Shown: positions 1 through 10,795, numbered from the stretch's first letter. The stretch is 64,000 nucleotides of DNA from an uncultured Acidobacteriota bacterium (GCA_963836075.1 CAWIIB010000009.1:1216001-1280000), one strand, 5' to 3'. The notes: generated from the sequence alone by a model not told the origin. A program made the numbers and translations.

Positions 1-1647
1 GCAGGGCCTGGTGGGATCGGGCGGCCTACGTGGCCGACATCGCCGCGGCGGGGATGAATGTCATCGGCTGCTACAACTTCGACATGATCGGCTACTCGGG
101 CACCGACCCGGCGCCCCCCGATTTCATCATCTACACCGACCCCGACTTCCACCGCGCTGGCCTACGAGCTGCGTGATGCCGCCCTCTACTATGTCTCTGC
201 CGAGATCGAGCCGCTGGTGATCCACGAGTCACTCAGCGCCAGCGACCACGGCTCGTTCTGGGCCCACGGCTACCAGGCCATCGTCGCCTCCGAGGACGAG
301 GCCTGGGGGAGCGACTTTAGCCCCTACTACCACACCACCAGCGACCTGGTGGCCAACTGCGACCTGGCCTACGCCACCGCCTGCACCAAGGCGGCCGTGG
401 CTGCGGTGGCCGACACCGCAGTGCCCTTCACCCCCAGCGGGATGCGGGTCACCCCCGCCATGAGCTTCTCTCCGAGGGGGCCAACGGCGGGCCGTTCACC
501 CCGCAGACCTTCGACTACACCCTGACCAACTACGAGAGCTACCCCATCACTTACACGGTGAGCGAGAGCACGGCCTGGCTCGACAGCAGCACCACCGGCG
601 GCACCATGCCCGCCCTGGGCACGGCCACGGTGACCCTGTCGATCAACAGCACGGCCAACGGCCTGGCCGACGGCGGCTACACCGCTGACGTCGACTTCGT
701 CAACACCACCAACCACGACGGTGACACCACCCGCACCGCGCGAGCTCACCGTGGGCGTGCCGGTGGTGCAGCAGCAGTGGACCATGGACAGCAACCCCGG
801 CTGGACCACCCAGGGCCTCTGGGCCTGGGGCCAGCCCACCGGCGGCGGCGGGCAATACGGCAACCCCGATCCCACCGGCGGCCACAGCGGCCCGAACGTC
901 TACGGCTACAACCTCTCGGGCGACTACGAGAACTACCTCAACGAGACGCACCTCACCTCCAGCGCCATCGACTGCTCCACCCTGAACAGGGTGATCCTCA
1001 AGTTCCGGCGCTACCTCAATGTCGAGCAGCCGACCTACGACCACGCCTACGTCCGGGTGAGCAACGACGGCACCACCTGGACCACCGTCTGGCAGAACAC
1101 GGCCGAGGTCACCGACTCGTCCTGGAGCCAGGTGGAATACGACATCTCCGCCGTGGCCGACGGCCAGTCGACGGTCTACCTCCGCTGGACCATGGGTGAG
1201 ACCGACAGCGCCTGGCAGTATTCGGGCTGGAACATCGACGACGTGGAGATCTGGGGCATCGACGGCTCGTCCCAGCCCACCGACACGGTGCAGGTGGCCA
1301 TCGGCTGCAGTCCGGACAGCGGCGTGCTGCCCTTCACCACCCAGTTTGCGGTGTCGCTGTCCAACCTGACCACCGAGAACCGCCGGGCCGCCGGCCGGAT
1401 CAACATGGTGATCGGCAACGGCACCCCGTACACCAACTGGCGCGCCGGCTGGACCAACCTCAACGACGGCGAGACCTACAGCACTGTCTGGAACCAGAGC
1501 CTGCCGGCCCTCGGTTCGCTGGTGGGCGACAACGTCTTCACCCTCATCGGCGTGGACGTCACCCCGGCGCCCTACAACCAGCCGCCATTCGCCCCGTCAG
1601 GCGACACCGACAGCGACGCCTGCACGGTGGTGGCGACAGCAAAGTAG
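1..1647 (+). CDS. Exported M28-family Zn peptidase (5'-partial, several frameshifts) with accessory domains and shared C-terminal domain B
   Basis: Joined frames give GLVGS..YNFDMIGY..SDHGSF..PYYHTTSD (M28 motifs), a BACON-like segment, a beta-sandwich with GWNIDDV, and a C-terminal ~120 aa shared with the C25 protein at 28420. Confidence 0.7.
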
Positions 1648-1674
1648 AAGGAGAAGAGGGGACGGCAGATGTTG

Positions 1675-1866
1675 GGGACGTACATGAATTTATGAATTTT
1701 TCTGCAGGGGGACATCAGGGACGTACATAAGATTATAACTTTGTTACGCCGGGATATCGTTCGGGATTGATAATAACGATCCTGGACGTCACCGCGTGAG
1801 ACGCAAAGTTATAAGCTTATGTACGTCCCCGCTCTTCCGTAAAATTCATAAATTCATGTACGTCCC
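1675..1866. repeat. Nested double inverted-repeat element (REP/MITE-like)
   Basis: Perfect 26-bp IR 1675-1700/1841-1866; inner 26-bp IR 1718-1743/1804-1829 (1 mismatch); all four arms begin GGGACGTACAT. Confidence 0.85.
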
Positions 1867-4800
1867 TGTCTTCGTTTCAGCATGTGGATGCCGCCGGCGA
1901 GGGTGAGCAGGCCGAACACGATCAGCACCAGCGCCAGCAGCCACGGCCGGCGCGGCCGTGGTTCCAGATACAGCGCCGAGGAACTTTCGCCCACCAGCAC
2001 GAAGGGGGCCCAGAAGTGGGGGTGGGCTCCGTCTTCCAGAAGAGCGCGCCTGGCGCCGGTCAGGGCGGCGGCCTTGCTCTCCCCCCGGACCAGCCCGTCA
2101 AAGAAGCTCTCCATCAGCCGGGCGGTGAAACGGTCCTCCACCGGCCAGAGGGTGTGAACCACGCAGCGGCTGCCGGCGGAGATAAAGGCCCGGGAGAGCC
2201 CCACCACCCCTTCCCCGTGCACCGGCCGGCCGAGGCCGGTGCTGCAGGCGGAGAGCACCACCAGGTCGGCGTCCAGTTCCAGAGCCCCGATCTCCTCCAG
2301 GCTCAGCAGCCCGTCCTGCCCGTCCGGCCCCTCCTTGCTGAACACGATGGCCGAATCACGGGCTGAAACCTCGTCCACCAGGGCGTGGGTGGCCAGGTGG
2401 ATCACCCGGGCCCCGGCCAACTCAGGGTCGGCCAGCAGGCTCTTCCTGGCCTCTTTGCCGGTGAAGGCCCGGGCGCGGGCCAGGCGCCGGGCGATCCGCC
2501 GCACCTCACGGCCGGAGTGGGGCAGGGGCGGAAGGGGATGTTCGCCGCCGAAATCCGGGTTGCCGATGGCCAGCAGTTCGAGACGTTCGCCGTCCATCAT
2601 GCTGTCCCCTCTGTCCCGCAGTTCGGCCAGCACGGCTGCCGAGTGGGCGTATGAGATCTCGTGCCGCTGGGCCAGCCAGGTGGGCGGGCCATTCCCCGGG
2701 AGGGCCAGCGCTTCAAACGGCAGGTGGTGCAGGAGACCGTCGGCCACAATGACCAGCCGGGCGTTGCCGGTGGCCAGCTGATCGGCCGCCGGTCCCAGGA
2801 GGATGGAGAAGAGCGAGCGGCCTGCGGCTGCCAGCTCCGGCGAGATCGCCTGATCCAGTGATTCCGGCGGGTTGCGCAGCTGTTCCAGGTAGCCGGCGGC
2901 CAGCGATTCGATCTCGACCCGTGGCGGCAGCCGGTGAACGGTCAGCCCGGTTCTGGCCAGCAGGAAGAGAAAGGAGACGTCCTCACCCAGCAGGTATTCC
3001 AGCAGCCAGCTGTCCGGTCCCGGCAGCGCTGCCAGCGCCTGGTCCGTGGTGATCCGGGGCAAGGCTTCCGCATCCCCGCCGCGGCCCTCTTCCTCCGCCC
3101 GCAGGAGGTCGAGGAGCGAACTGGCGTGGGCCTGCTCGGCAACGGTGAAGCAGAGCCCGGCGCCCTGCTCCAGCAGGCCGCCGCGGGCCATTTGATCCAG
3201 CACGTCGACATAGCTGCAGAAGACCTGATGCTTGTCCTCCATGTAGGACCACCGGAAGGTGTCCTCAGCCTGGTGCGCCCGACCTTTGTGGATGGCCTCG
3301 AGGGCCAGCTCAAGCCGCTGCCGGGCCCGCACCAGGTCACCGCCGGCCAAGGCCAGCCGGCCGAGACGGTAGTTGCTGCTCCAGGCGAGGATCGGGTAAC
3401 CGCCACTCTCGCTCAGGCGGGTGGCCGCCAGATACGATTCCCCGGCCCGGTCCGGGTCCCCCAGAGCCTCGGCGGTACGGCCCATGGAGTAGCTGACACA
3501 GGCCTGTCCGTATTCGTCAGCTTGCCTCTGGTAGGCGGTGAAGGCCGATTCCAGTTTGGCCCGTGCTTCCGGGAGCCGGCCGGCCGCCGAGAGCACCGCG
3601 CCCTGAAGGTGCCGGGCATTGGCCAGCCCCACGGTATCGCCGGCGGCATCCGAAACCGTCGCGGCACGATCCAACCGGGCCAGCGCTTCCTCCTCCGCCC
3701 CGTTCTTCCACAGCAGGTAGCCCATCTCCCGGTTGATGAAGCTCTCCAGCGGGCCGTCGGCCACTTTGCGGGTGTCGATCAGCTCCGCGGCCTCCTGGAG
3801 TTCCAGCAGGGCGGCATCGTAGTCGCCGAGGAAACTCCTGATGTGCCCCATGTTGGCCAGGCAACTGGCCACGGTGGACCAGCGGCCGGCTCTCCGGGCC
3901 ACTTCCAGCGCTTCGGAGAAGCTGTCCAGCGCCGTCCGGTAGCGGTTCAGCTCGGTTCCGCAGATGGTCCCCCGGGTGGTGAGCACATAGAGCAGCATGT
4001 CGTCCAGCCCCAGCTGCCGGGCCACCGGGATCGACTGGTCGAACCAGCGCAGGGCCGCCTCCACATCCGTGGTCCGGGAGAGCAGGGCCAGGGCCACCAT
4101 GTTTCGCAGGCGGCTTTCGTCGTCCGCCTGCTCTTCAGCCAGCTCCATGGAGCGGTGATACTGCTGGTCCGCTGCTGCGGCCTCTCCCAGGCGGTAGTGG
4201 GCGTTACCGGCCAGGTGGAGGGCCAGCACCGCTCCGCCGAGGGTGTCCTGTTCCGCGAAGCTGGCCAGGGCCTCCCCGGCGCAGCGCAGCGCCTCCCGGG
4301 TATCCCCCTGCCGCTGCCGCAGGCCGGCCAGCTGCTTCTGCGCCAGGCCGCGGCCTGAGACCGAGCCCCCGGCTTCGAAGCTGGCCAGGCTCTCCCCGAT
4401 CATCCGTACCTGCTCGTCGGGGGTGGGGGCCAGGGCGCTGAGGGCCAGCAGGCAAAACCCCTCGCAGATCGTGTTCTCCGTTGCGTCCTCCCCGCTCTTT
4501 TCACCGGCAAGCAGGGTACGGGCCCTCTCCAGGTGGGTGCGGCTCTGCCCCATGGCGCCGGGTTCGGTCTGGTCGTAGAGCAGGTTCAGGCCCAGGCCGA
4601 AATGGATCGCCGGCGTGTCGGGGTGGGTTTGGGCGGCGGCCAGCAGGCGTCGGCGCGCTTCGGCCAGCCGGCCGGTGCGCAGGGAGATCAAGGCCCAGTC
4701 CCGCTGCAGGGCAGCGCAACCCGGGCTCGCTTCCAGGCTGCGGGCCAGGAGTTCCCAGGTGTCGTCCTGACCGCGGCTTCGTATGAGCTCGAGGGTGGTG

Positions 4801-4955
4801 CCGGGGGAGCAGGACAGGGGTGGATCGGCCGGGATCTCGGTGACCGCCAGGGAGAATGACGAACAAACCAGTCCCAACAGAAACAGCCCCGTCCTCAGGA
4901 GGCGCGGGGCTGTGGTATTTCGCAGAAAAAAGATTCTAGAAGAACGGGTTTCCAA
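1854..4955 (-). CDS. TPR-CHAT caspase-like protease with signal peptide and C-terminal TM helix
   Basis: TPR-like helical repeats; CHAT motifs HLATH, LSACSTG, HPHFWAPF; hydrophobic ends. Start uncertain (TTG 4955 chosen; ORF open to 5168). Confidence 0.85.
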   Translation of the reverse strand: METRSSRIFFLRNTTAPRLLRTGLFLLGLVCSSFSLAVTEIPADPPLSCSPGTTLELIRSRGQDDTWELLARSLEASPGCAALQRDWALISLRTGRLAEARRRLLAAAQTHPDTPAIHFGLGLNLLYDQTEPGAMGQSRTHLERARTLLAGEKSGEDATENTICEGFCLLALSALAPTPDEQVRMIGESLASFEAGGSVSGRGLAQKQLAGLRQRQGDTREALRCAGEALASFAEQDTLGGAVLALHLAGNAHYRLGEAAAADQQYHRSMELAEEQADDESRLRNMVALALLSRTTDVEAALRWFDQSIPVARQLGLDDMLLYVLTTRGTICGTELNRYRTALDSFSEALEVARRAGRWSTVASCLANMGHIRSFLGDYDAALLELQEAAELIDTRKVADGPLESFINREMGYLLWKNGAEEEALARLDRAATVSDAAGDTVGLANARHLQGAVLSAAGRLPEARAKLESAFTAYQRQADEYGQACVSYSMGRTAEALGDPDRAGESYLAATRLSESGGYPILAWSSNYRLGRLALAGGDLVRARQRLELALEAIHKGRAHQAEDTFRWSYMEDKHQVFCSYVDVLDQMARGGLLEQGAGLCFTVAEQAHASSLLDLLRAEEEGRGGDAEALPRITTDQALAALPGPDSWLLEYLLGEDVSFLFLLARTGLTVHRLPPRVEIESLAAGYLEQLRNPPESLDQAISPELAAAGRSLFSILLGPAADQLATGNARLVIVADGLLHHLPFEALALPGNGPPTWLAQRHEISYAHSAAVLAELRDRGDSMMDGERLELLAIGNPDFGGEHPLPPLPHSGREVRRIARRLARARAFTGKEARKSLLADPELAGARVIHLATHALVDEVSARDSAIVFSKEGPDGQDGLLSLEEIGALELDADLVVLSACSTGLGRPVHGEGVVGLSRAFISAGSRCVVHTLWPVEDRFTARLMESFFDGLVRGESKAAALTGARRALLEDGAHPHFWAPFVLVGESSSALYLEPRPRRPWLLALVLIVFGLLTLAGGIHMLKRRQGRT
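4875..4913 (-). terminator. Putative intrinsic terminator/attenuator after the small ORF
   Basis: Stem ACAGCCCCG/CGGGGCTGT with inner CCTC/GAGG, followed by TTCTGTT on the minus strand. Confidence 0.4.
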
Positions 4956-5127
4956 CCTCGTCCCGCCGGTAGGGGCAGGGACGCATGGGCGGTACATCAG
5001 GGAGCAGCGGCCGCGGCGCTTCCGGTTCGACACCGAAGAAGCCGATTCCTCTGTAGGTGTGGTCCGGATAGAACCTGGAACCGCAGCATGAGAACCAGTT
5101 GCTGAGCAAGTAGATGAAGTAAACCAT
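4936..5127 (-). CDS. Small 63-aa hypothetical peptide upstream of the CHAT gene
   Basis: Strong SD GAGGAGG just before the ATG; MVYFIYLLSNWFSCCGSRFY...GNPFF. Confidence 0.45.
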   Translation of the reverse strand: MVYFIYLLSNWFSCCGSRFYPDHTYRGIGFFGVEPEAPRPLLPDVPPMRPCPYRRDEVGNPFF

Positions 5128-5348
5128 GAACACCCTCCTCGGTTCATCTGTCCTGGCCAGGGCCGCAACCCATCTGCGGGATTGCTTGCGATCGGGAAGT
5201 GTTGGAAAGCTATCTCAGATTCTACCTAACATATAAATAATGTCATAATGGCGAATCGTCAAGCCTCTTTGCACTATTTTGTCAATTAAACCTTAAAAAC
5301 CAGGTCCGGCAGCTCTTCCTCCCCCGCTCTGTATATTGTCCATGAAAA

Positions 5349-5409
5349 TGTCACTTTTGGATGTCTTGTCACTTTTTGGTGCCTGACCCCAAAAAGTGAC
5401 AAAGTGACA
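5349..5409. repeat. TGTCACTTT/AAAGTGACA palindrome cluster
   Basis: Perfect 14-bp stem 5366-5379/5389-5402 plus an outer 9-bp pair. Confidence 0.7.
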
Positions 5410-5421
5410 AATAGTGATTCT

Positions 5422-6618
5422 TCAATGCTCTTGCGCCGACCGTTTCTTTTCCGCCGGGACCAGCCGGATGAAGAAGAGGGTGGAGGCGAACATGTAGAAA
5501 CCGGCGGTGGCATACATCCAGCGGTAGCCCAGGTGGTCGGCCACCATGCCGAACAGCGGCAGCCCGAGGCCGAAGCCGATCTCGAAGCAGGTGGTGTAGA
5601 CCGAAAGGGCGAAGGCGCGGCGGTGGTGGCCGATGAGGTCCACCATCAGCGAGCTGAGGGCAGGGAAGATCAGTCCCTGCCCCAGGCCGCCGATCAGGCC
5701 GGCGACGATCAGCAGCCAGGTGGCGTTGATCTGGGAGATGATCAGGCTGTTCGCCGCCACCAGCAGCAGGGCCGGGATGGCCACCCGGCGCTGGCCATAG
5801 CGGTCGGGGAGCGCGGCCAGCCGGAAGCGGGTGAGGATGGCGCTGAAGGAGAAGGCGATGAAGAAGGGGAAGAAGCGCTCGATGCCGATGGAGCGGCAGT
5901 AGGGGCCGATGAAGTTGAGGTTGGTGCCCCGGGTGGCGCCGTGGGCGATGGCCATCAGCACCACGCCGGCCACGGCGGCCGCCAGCAGCCGGCCCGAGGT
6001 CCGGGCCGGTTCCGTTTCCGGGGAGGGCGGCGGGCTTTTGCGGGCCCTGGGGATCAGGAACACCAGGCCCACGGCCATGGCGGCCAGCAGGCTGTCGAGG
6101 ATGAACAGTGCGGTGAACCCGCTCCTGGCCACCACCAGTTCGCTGACCATCGGCGAGATGGCGTGGGCCAGCAGCCCGGAGATGCCGAAAATGCCCAGTG
6201 CCTCGGAGAGGTGGTTGGCCGGGGTCAGCCGCGTGGCCAGGGCCATCAGCGGGGCGAGGATGCAGCTCCAGCCCACACCGAACAGGGCCCTGAGGGCGAT
6301 GACGCTCCAGCCCGTGGGCTGTACCAGGGCGAAGAAGGGAACGATCACCGCCAGCATGGCCAGACCGAAGATGGTCACCGAGCGGTAGGTCAGCCGTTCT
6401 GCCGCCATCCCGGTGAGCGGGCGCAGCAGTACCGACACCACCGAGAAGATGCCCATGATCAGGCCCACCTGGGTGTCGGTGCCGCCGTGATCCTTGATCA
6501 GCAGGGGGTAGAGGACAAAGGACGTGACTACGTAAAAGGCGAGAAAGTTGGCCGCGAGGCAGAGAACGTAGGGCCGGTTCCAGATCCCGGCTTCGATACG
6601 GCCGGCATGGTCGCTCAC
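5422..6618 (-). CDS. MFS transporter
   Basis: 398 aa, about 12 hydrophobic segments, motif-A-like LPDRYGQRR. Confidence 0.9.
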   Translation of the reverse strand: MSDHAGRIEAGIWNRPYVLCLAANFLAFYVVTSFVLYPLLIKDHGGTDTQVGLIMGIFSVVSVLLRPLTGMAAERLTYRSVTIFGLAMLAVIVPFFALVQPTGWSVIALRALFGVGWSCILAPLMALATRLTPANHLSEALGIFGISGLLAHAISPMVSELVVARSGFTALFILDSLLAAMAVGLVFLIPRARKSPPPSPETEPARTSGRLLAAAVAGVVLMAIAHGATRGTNLNFIGPYCRSIGIERFFPFFIAFSFSAILTRFRLAALPDRYGQRRVAIPALLLVAANSLIISQINATWLLIVAGLIGGLGQGLIFPALSSLMVDLIGHHRRAFALSVYTTCFEIGFGLGLPLFGMVADHLGYRWMYATAGFYMFASTLFFIRLVPAEKKRSAQEH

Positions 6619-8829
6619 TGGACGTATCCCAGGGCTTTCAACTCTTCGATGTGCCGGTCATCCACTTCATCTTCTTCGGTGACCAGGCTGGGGTAGCGTT
6701 CGGCCAGTGTTTTCTGCGCTTCGAGATGGCTGTCCAGCACCACCCGCATCTCGGCGGCGAGTTCCGGCAGCTGGTCCGCCAGGTTGATCTTCTCCAGGGG
6801 GTCGGTCTCCAGGTCGTAGAGCTCCTCCTCCCCGGTGCGTGGGATGCGGATATATTTGTTCCGGCCCAGACGGACCGACTTTTGCTCCTGGTAGTAGACC
6901 AGGCTCCCGGCAAAGGCCGGTCGGTCTCCGGTCTCCTCACCGCGGACCAGGGGCAGCAGGCTTTCCCCCTCCCAGAAGGATGGCGGTTCGATGCCGAGGA
7001 AATCGAGCACCGTGGGCGCCACATCGATCAGCCGCACCACGCTGGACTGCGTGTTTCCGGGCCACCGGGTAGCCCGGGGGCGGACGGACGATCAGCGGGA
7101 TGTGGAGCAGCTCGCCGTAGAGCGTGTGCCCGTGGTTCACATTGCCGTGCTCCCAGAACTCCTCGCCATGGTCCGAGGTGAGGATGACCATGGTATTGCC
7201 GTCCAGCCCCAGCCGCTCGAGGCTGTCCACCAGCCGGCCGATCTCATCGTCGGTGTAGCGGATCTCGAGGTTGTAGAGGTTCTCCAGCCGCCTCCGCTCC
7301 CCCGAGCCCATCATCCGCCCCTTGCGCAGGTCCACGGTGGGGCCCGAATCGTAACGGGAGAAGGCGCCGTGGCCGCGGGGCTGGGGCGCCTCGCGGAGAT
7401 ACCGGCCGCGGGCCACATACGGGTCGTGCGGGTCCACCAGGTGGATCCAGAGAAAGAAATTACCCTCCGCGTTTTGCTCCAGGTAGTCGATGGCCTTGTC
7501 CACCAGGTTCCGGGCCACCGACATGTCCTTCTTGGTGCTGAACGGGTTGGGGCCCAGGCGCAGGGCATTGGCGACGCGGCGCACGATCAGGCCCGGCCAC
7601 CACATGGGGCGGGTCTGTTTGGAGTAGGTGAACTGGTAGCTGTCGAACCCCTGGTGCAGATTGAAGGGGAAATTGAGCCAGCCGTTGGCCAGCACGGCCT
7701 TGGTGGTCATCCCTTCGCGAGAGATCGACTCGGCCAGGGTAACCATTTCGGGGGACAGGCGGCTGCCCTTGCCGTAGGTTCCGTGGGCCGTGGGGTGGAG
7801 CGAGGTGAGCATGGAGGCCACCGAGGGCAGGGTCCAGGGGGAGGGCGCCTCGGCTTTAGTGAACAGCACCCCGTCTTCGGCCAGCCGGTCGATGTTCGGG
7901 GTGGAGACCCGCCGCTGGTTCCCCGGATCCAGCCGGTCGCCGCGCAGGGTGTCCACCGAGACCAGAATGACGTTGCGGTCCTCGGTCCACTTGCCGGCCG
8001 TTGCCTCCCCGTTGGACTTCCACTGCGGTTCGCCGGCCCGCCACCCGGGCAGGCTGATCAGCGCGAAGAGCAGGATGGCGGCGATGTCGATCCAGCGTGC
8101 CAGCGGCCCGGCTTGCCGGCCGTCTTTCGTCGACGCGGCCAGCCGCCAGAAGAGCAGCAGCGCAGCCGCCGCGGCCAGGGCGAGGGTAAACCCGGTCAGA
8201 ACTCCCGGACGGCCCGCCTCCAGCAATCGCCGAACGTGTTTCAGTCCCAGGTAGTGGAAGAACGGACCCGCCAGGGCCAGTGCCAGGGCGGCGGCAGCCA
8301 GGCCCAGTCCGGTCAATTCGGCGGGTCGCCGCCCCCGGAAGCGGTGAATCAGCAGTCCCACGGCAATACCCAGCAGGAGGCAGACAAAGATCAGCCGCAG
8401 GCTGGTCTCCAGGCTGTCACCGTCCAGCAACCGGCGGAGCGGTGTGATGGTGTGGATGGAGAACCGGGCGTACAGGGTGAGGAAGAGCGCCGTGCAGGCG
8501 CCGGCCACCAGGGCCGTGAGGCCGGTGCGGGTTCGCTGCGGACCGGCCAGCCGGGCGTGAAGGATGTAGATCAGGGCGGCCAGGGGCACGCCGAGCAGTC
8601 CGCAGATCAACCCCTCGGCCAGGACCGTGGTGCCAAAGAGCCGCAGGACCTCTCGGAGGATGTCACCGGCGGCGATGTTCCCCCAGGTGGCCCTGACGTG
8701 TTTCAGGGTGGTAAAACCCTCCATCACCCCCACCACCATCCCCACCACCAGGCCGCAGCGCAGCCCCAGGCGCAGGACGGCCATCAGACGCGGGGCATCG
8801 TTGATTGCGGGGTCGGGTCTGCGGTCCAT
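6615..8829 (-). CDS. Membrane-anchored sulfatase-like hydrolase/transferase (frameshift near 7050)
   Basis: N-terminal TM helices; DTLR, SPWTLPS, DPHDPY, TSDHGEE motifs; C-terminus in ORF 6615-7040 ends LKALGYVQ. Confidence 0.85.
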
Positions 8830-8998
8830 CACTCCTCCAAAGAAAATGATGATATATCCGCACCTTGACTGGTGCAAGCCGCTGATTGACGCCCGGCCGG
8901 GCATTTGCTACAACAGCTCACCGTGCACGTCCGGACGGCTGGGTGTTGTCGGATCAAGCTCGGAATGGCCTCCAGACTCATTTTCGGGGAACGGTTTC

Positions 8999-9913
8999 AT
9001 GCGCATGGTCAAGGGGATGGCGGGGCGGGTGTCTGAACTGCTGGAGGCCATCAGGGAGGGCTTCGACCGGCAGGGCTTTGTATACCGCCCCGGGTACCAG
9101 GCCTGGATGGGGCATCTGGAACAGAACGGTCCCGGCCCGCACCTGCTGGCCCTGGACCAGAACCGGATTGCAGCCGTTTTCTTTGTTCAGCGCGCCCACC
9201 GGATGGTCATCCCGCTCTTCCTCGATCAGGGCGCGGGGGGCGTGCGCGGGGCTCTTCGGGCCTGTTTCGGCCGGAGCCGCCGCTGGGTCAAGAGCGTGGT
9301 CCGGCCATCCTGGGACCTGCGGGTGGGGCATTCACTCCTCCCTCTCCTCGAGGAAGTCGGTTTCCAGCCCGGTCCTCCCCAACTGCTCTACCGGCTGCGG
9401 CGTTCCGACTACCGGGCCGGCTACGATCTTTGTCAGACGGTGGACGGCAGCCGCGTCGACTACCGGATGCACCAGGGGGACGTTGCCGGGATCCTGGCCA
9501 CCCTGACACCGCTCCTCCGGGCCTGGTCAGGCTTCTACGGGCTGGAGGGCCATTCGGAAAAGACCTGCCGGCTGTTCACCGCCTCTGTTGACGCCCAGAA
9601 GGCCGCGATGCTCTGGGTCCTGCTGCCCTCCCGCTGTGACCCGGATCAAAACGACTGCTACCTGCACTGGAAGGAGGAGGTCGGGACCAGCGGCATCTTC
9701 GTCCGTTCAGCCATTACCGAGGACCCCTTCCGGAGCAAGGGGATCGGCTCCTCCCTCCACCGCTTCATGCTCTCCCGCTTCTTCGAGGGCCCCGGGGCGG
9801 TGGACGCCTCCTGGATCTCCACCACCGAGGACAACGCGGCCGGTGTGGGCCTGCTGGAAAGCCTCGGCTATCGACGGCAGCTGGTCTGCCGGTATCGACA
9901 CTTCGTTCGATGA
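8999..9913 (+). CDS. GNAT-family acetyltransferase
   Basis: FRSKGIGS acetyl-CoA motif; N..A..LLESLGY. Confidence 0.7.
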   Translation: MRMVKGMAGRVSELLEAIREGFDRQGFVYRPGYQAWMGHLEQNGPGPHLLALDQNRIAAVFFVQRAHRMVIPLFLDQGAGGVRGALRACFGRSRRWVKSVVRPSWDLRVGHSLLPLLEEVGFQPGPPQLLYRLRRSDYRAGYDLCQTVDGSRVDYRMHQGDVAGILATLTPLLRAWSGFYGLEGHSEKTCRLFTASVDAQKAAMLWVLLPSRCDPDQNDCYLHWKEEVGTSGIFVRSAITEDPFRSKGIGSSLHRFMLSRFFEGPGAVDASWISTTEDNAAGVGLLESLGYRRQLVCRYRHFVR

Positions 9914-10078
9914 GCCGGTGGCTGCGCCACAGGCCGCGGCGGAGTCGAATTCTTGCCCGGGTCCCGGGCGTGTGGTAAAACGTGGACTATACTTGAGATG
10001 AATCTTACGGGTGGGTGGTCCATCAACAGGAATCAAAGGCGTCCGGGGCAGGCACAACCCGGGATAAGGAGGGATCGC

Positions 10079-10795
10079 ATGTTTCGGAGAATCAGCCGGC
10101 TGACTGTTCTGGGAGTGATGGTGGTTGCCCTTCTCGGATTCTCCGTCTCGTTGGCGCTGCAGGCCGACGAGGAGCAGACGGTGGCTGCCGTGCCGGCCCC
10201 GTCCGAGGATATGCCAATACCGATCCCGGCCAACCAGCGCACCTTCCCCCAGTTCGTCACCACCCGGGTGGACAACGCGGTCTTTGCCATTGGGTTCCAG
10301 GTCGCCCAGCTGCGGATGGGCGAAGGGTCCGAGTATCTGCCCCTGGTGGTGGGGATGCAGAACTTCAAGCACAGGATGTGGAGCATCAAGATGAAGGATT
10401 TCCAGCTCTACGACGAGACCGGCACGCTGATCGAACCGGTCTCGCTGCAGGAGATCCGCCGGGAGTACAAGCGTTATGCCAAGGACTACCAGTTCATGGT
10501 GCAGACCACCACGCTGAACCAGATCCTGCCCAACGCCGAGGGCGCCGGCGGTGTGCGGGGGGAGCGGCAGATCCAAACGGTGGATACCGGCCAGACCTTT
10601 TACCGCAGCACCTTTTTCTACCCCACGCCTGGTGGCACCGCGGTCTATTCGGCCACCCTCGATTTCAAAAACTTCTTCTTCGACCTGATCTACTACAAGG
10701 ACATCGCCGACAAGTGGCTGAAGATGTCAATCCCGGGGAAGAAGCGGCGCCCGCAGCTGGAGCTGGTGTTCAAGGTCAGCCAGGTGGGCCGGTAG
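10079..10795 (+). CDS. Exported hypothetical protein
   Basis: AGGAGG SD, signal-peptide-like N-terminus. Confidence 0.75.
   Translation: MFRRISRLTVLGVMVVALLGFSVSLALQADEEQTVAAVPAPSEDMPIPIPANQRTFPQFVTTRVDNAVFAIGFQVAQLRMGEGSEYLPLVVGMQNFKHRMWSIKMKDFQLYDETGTLIEPVSLQEIRREYKRYAKDYQFMVQTTTLNQILPNAEGAGGVRGERQIQTVDTGQTFYRSTFFYPTPGGTAVYSATLDFKNFFFDLIYYKDIADKWLKMSIPGKKRRPQLELVFKVSQVGR

Noticed and set aside
1854-4955. Craspase-type or other known defence CHAT system
   Set aside because: No Cas7-11, gasdermin or sigma/anti-sigma neighbours, and the protein appears to be exported
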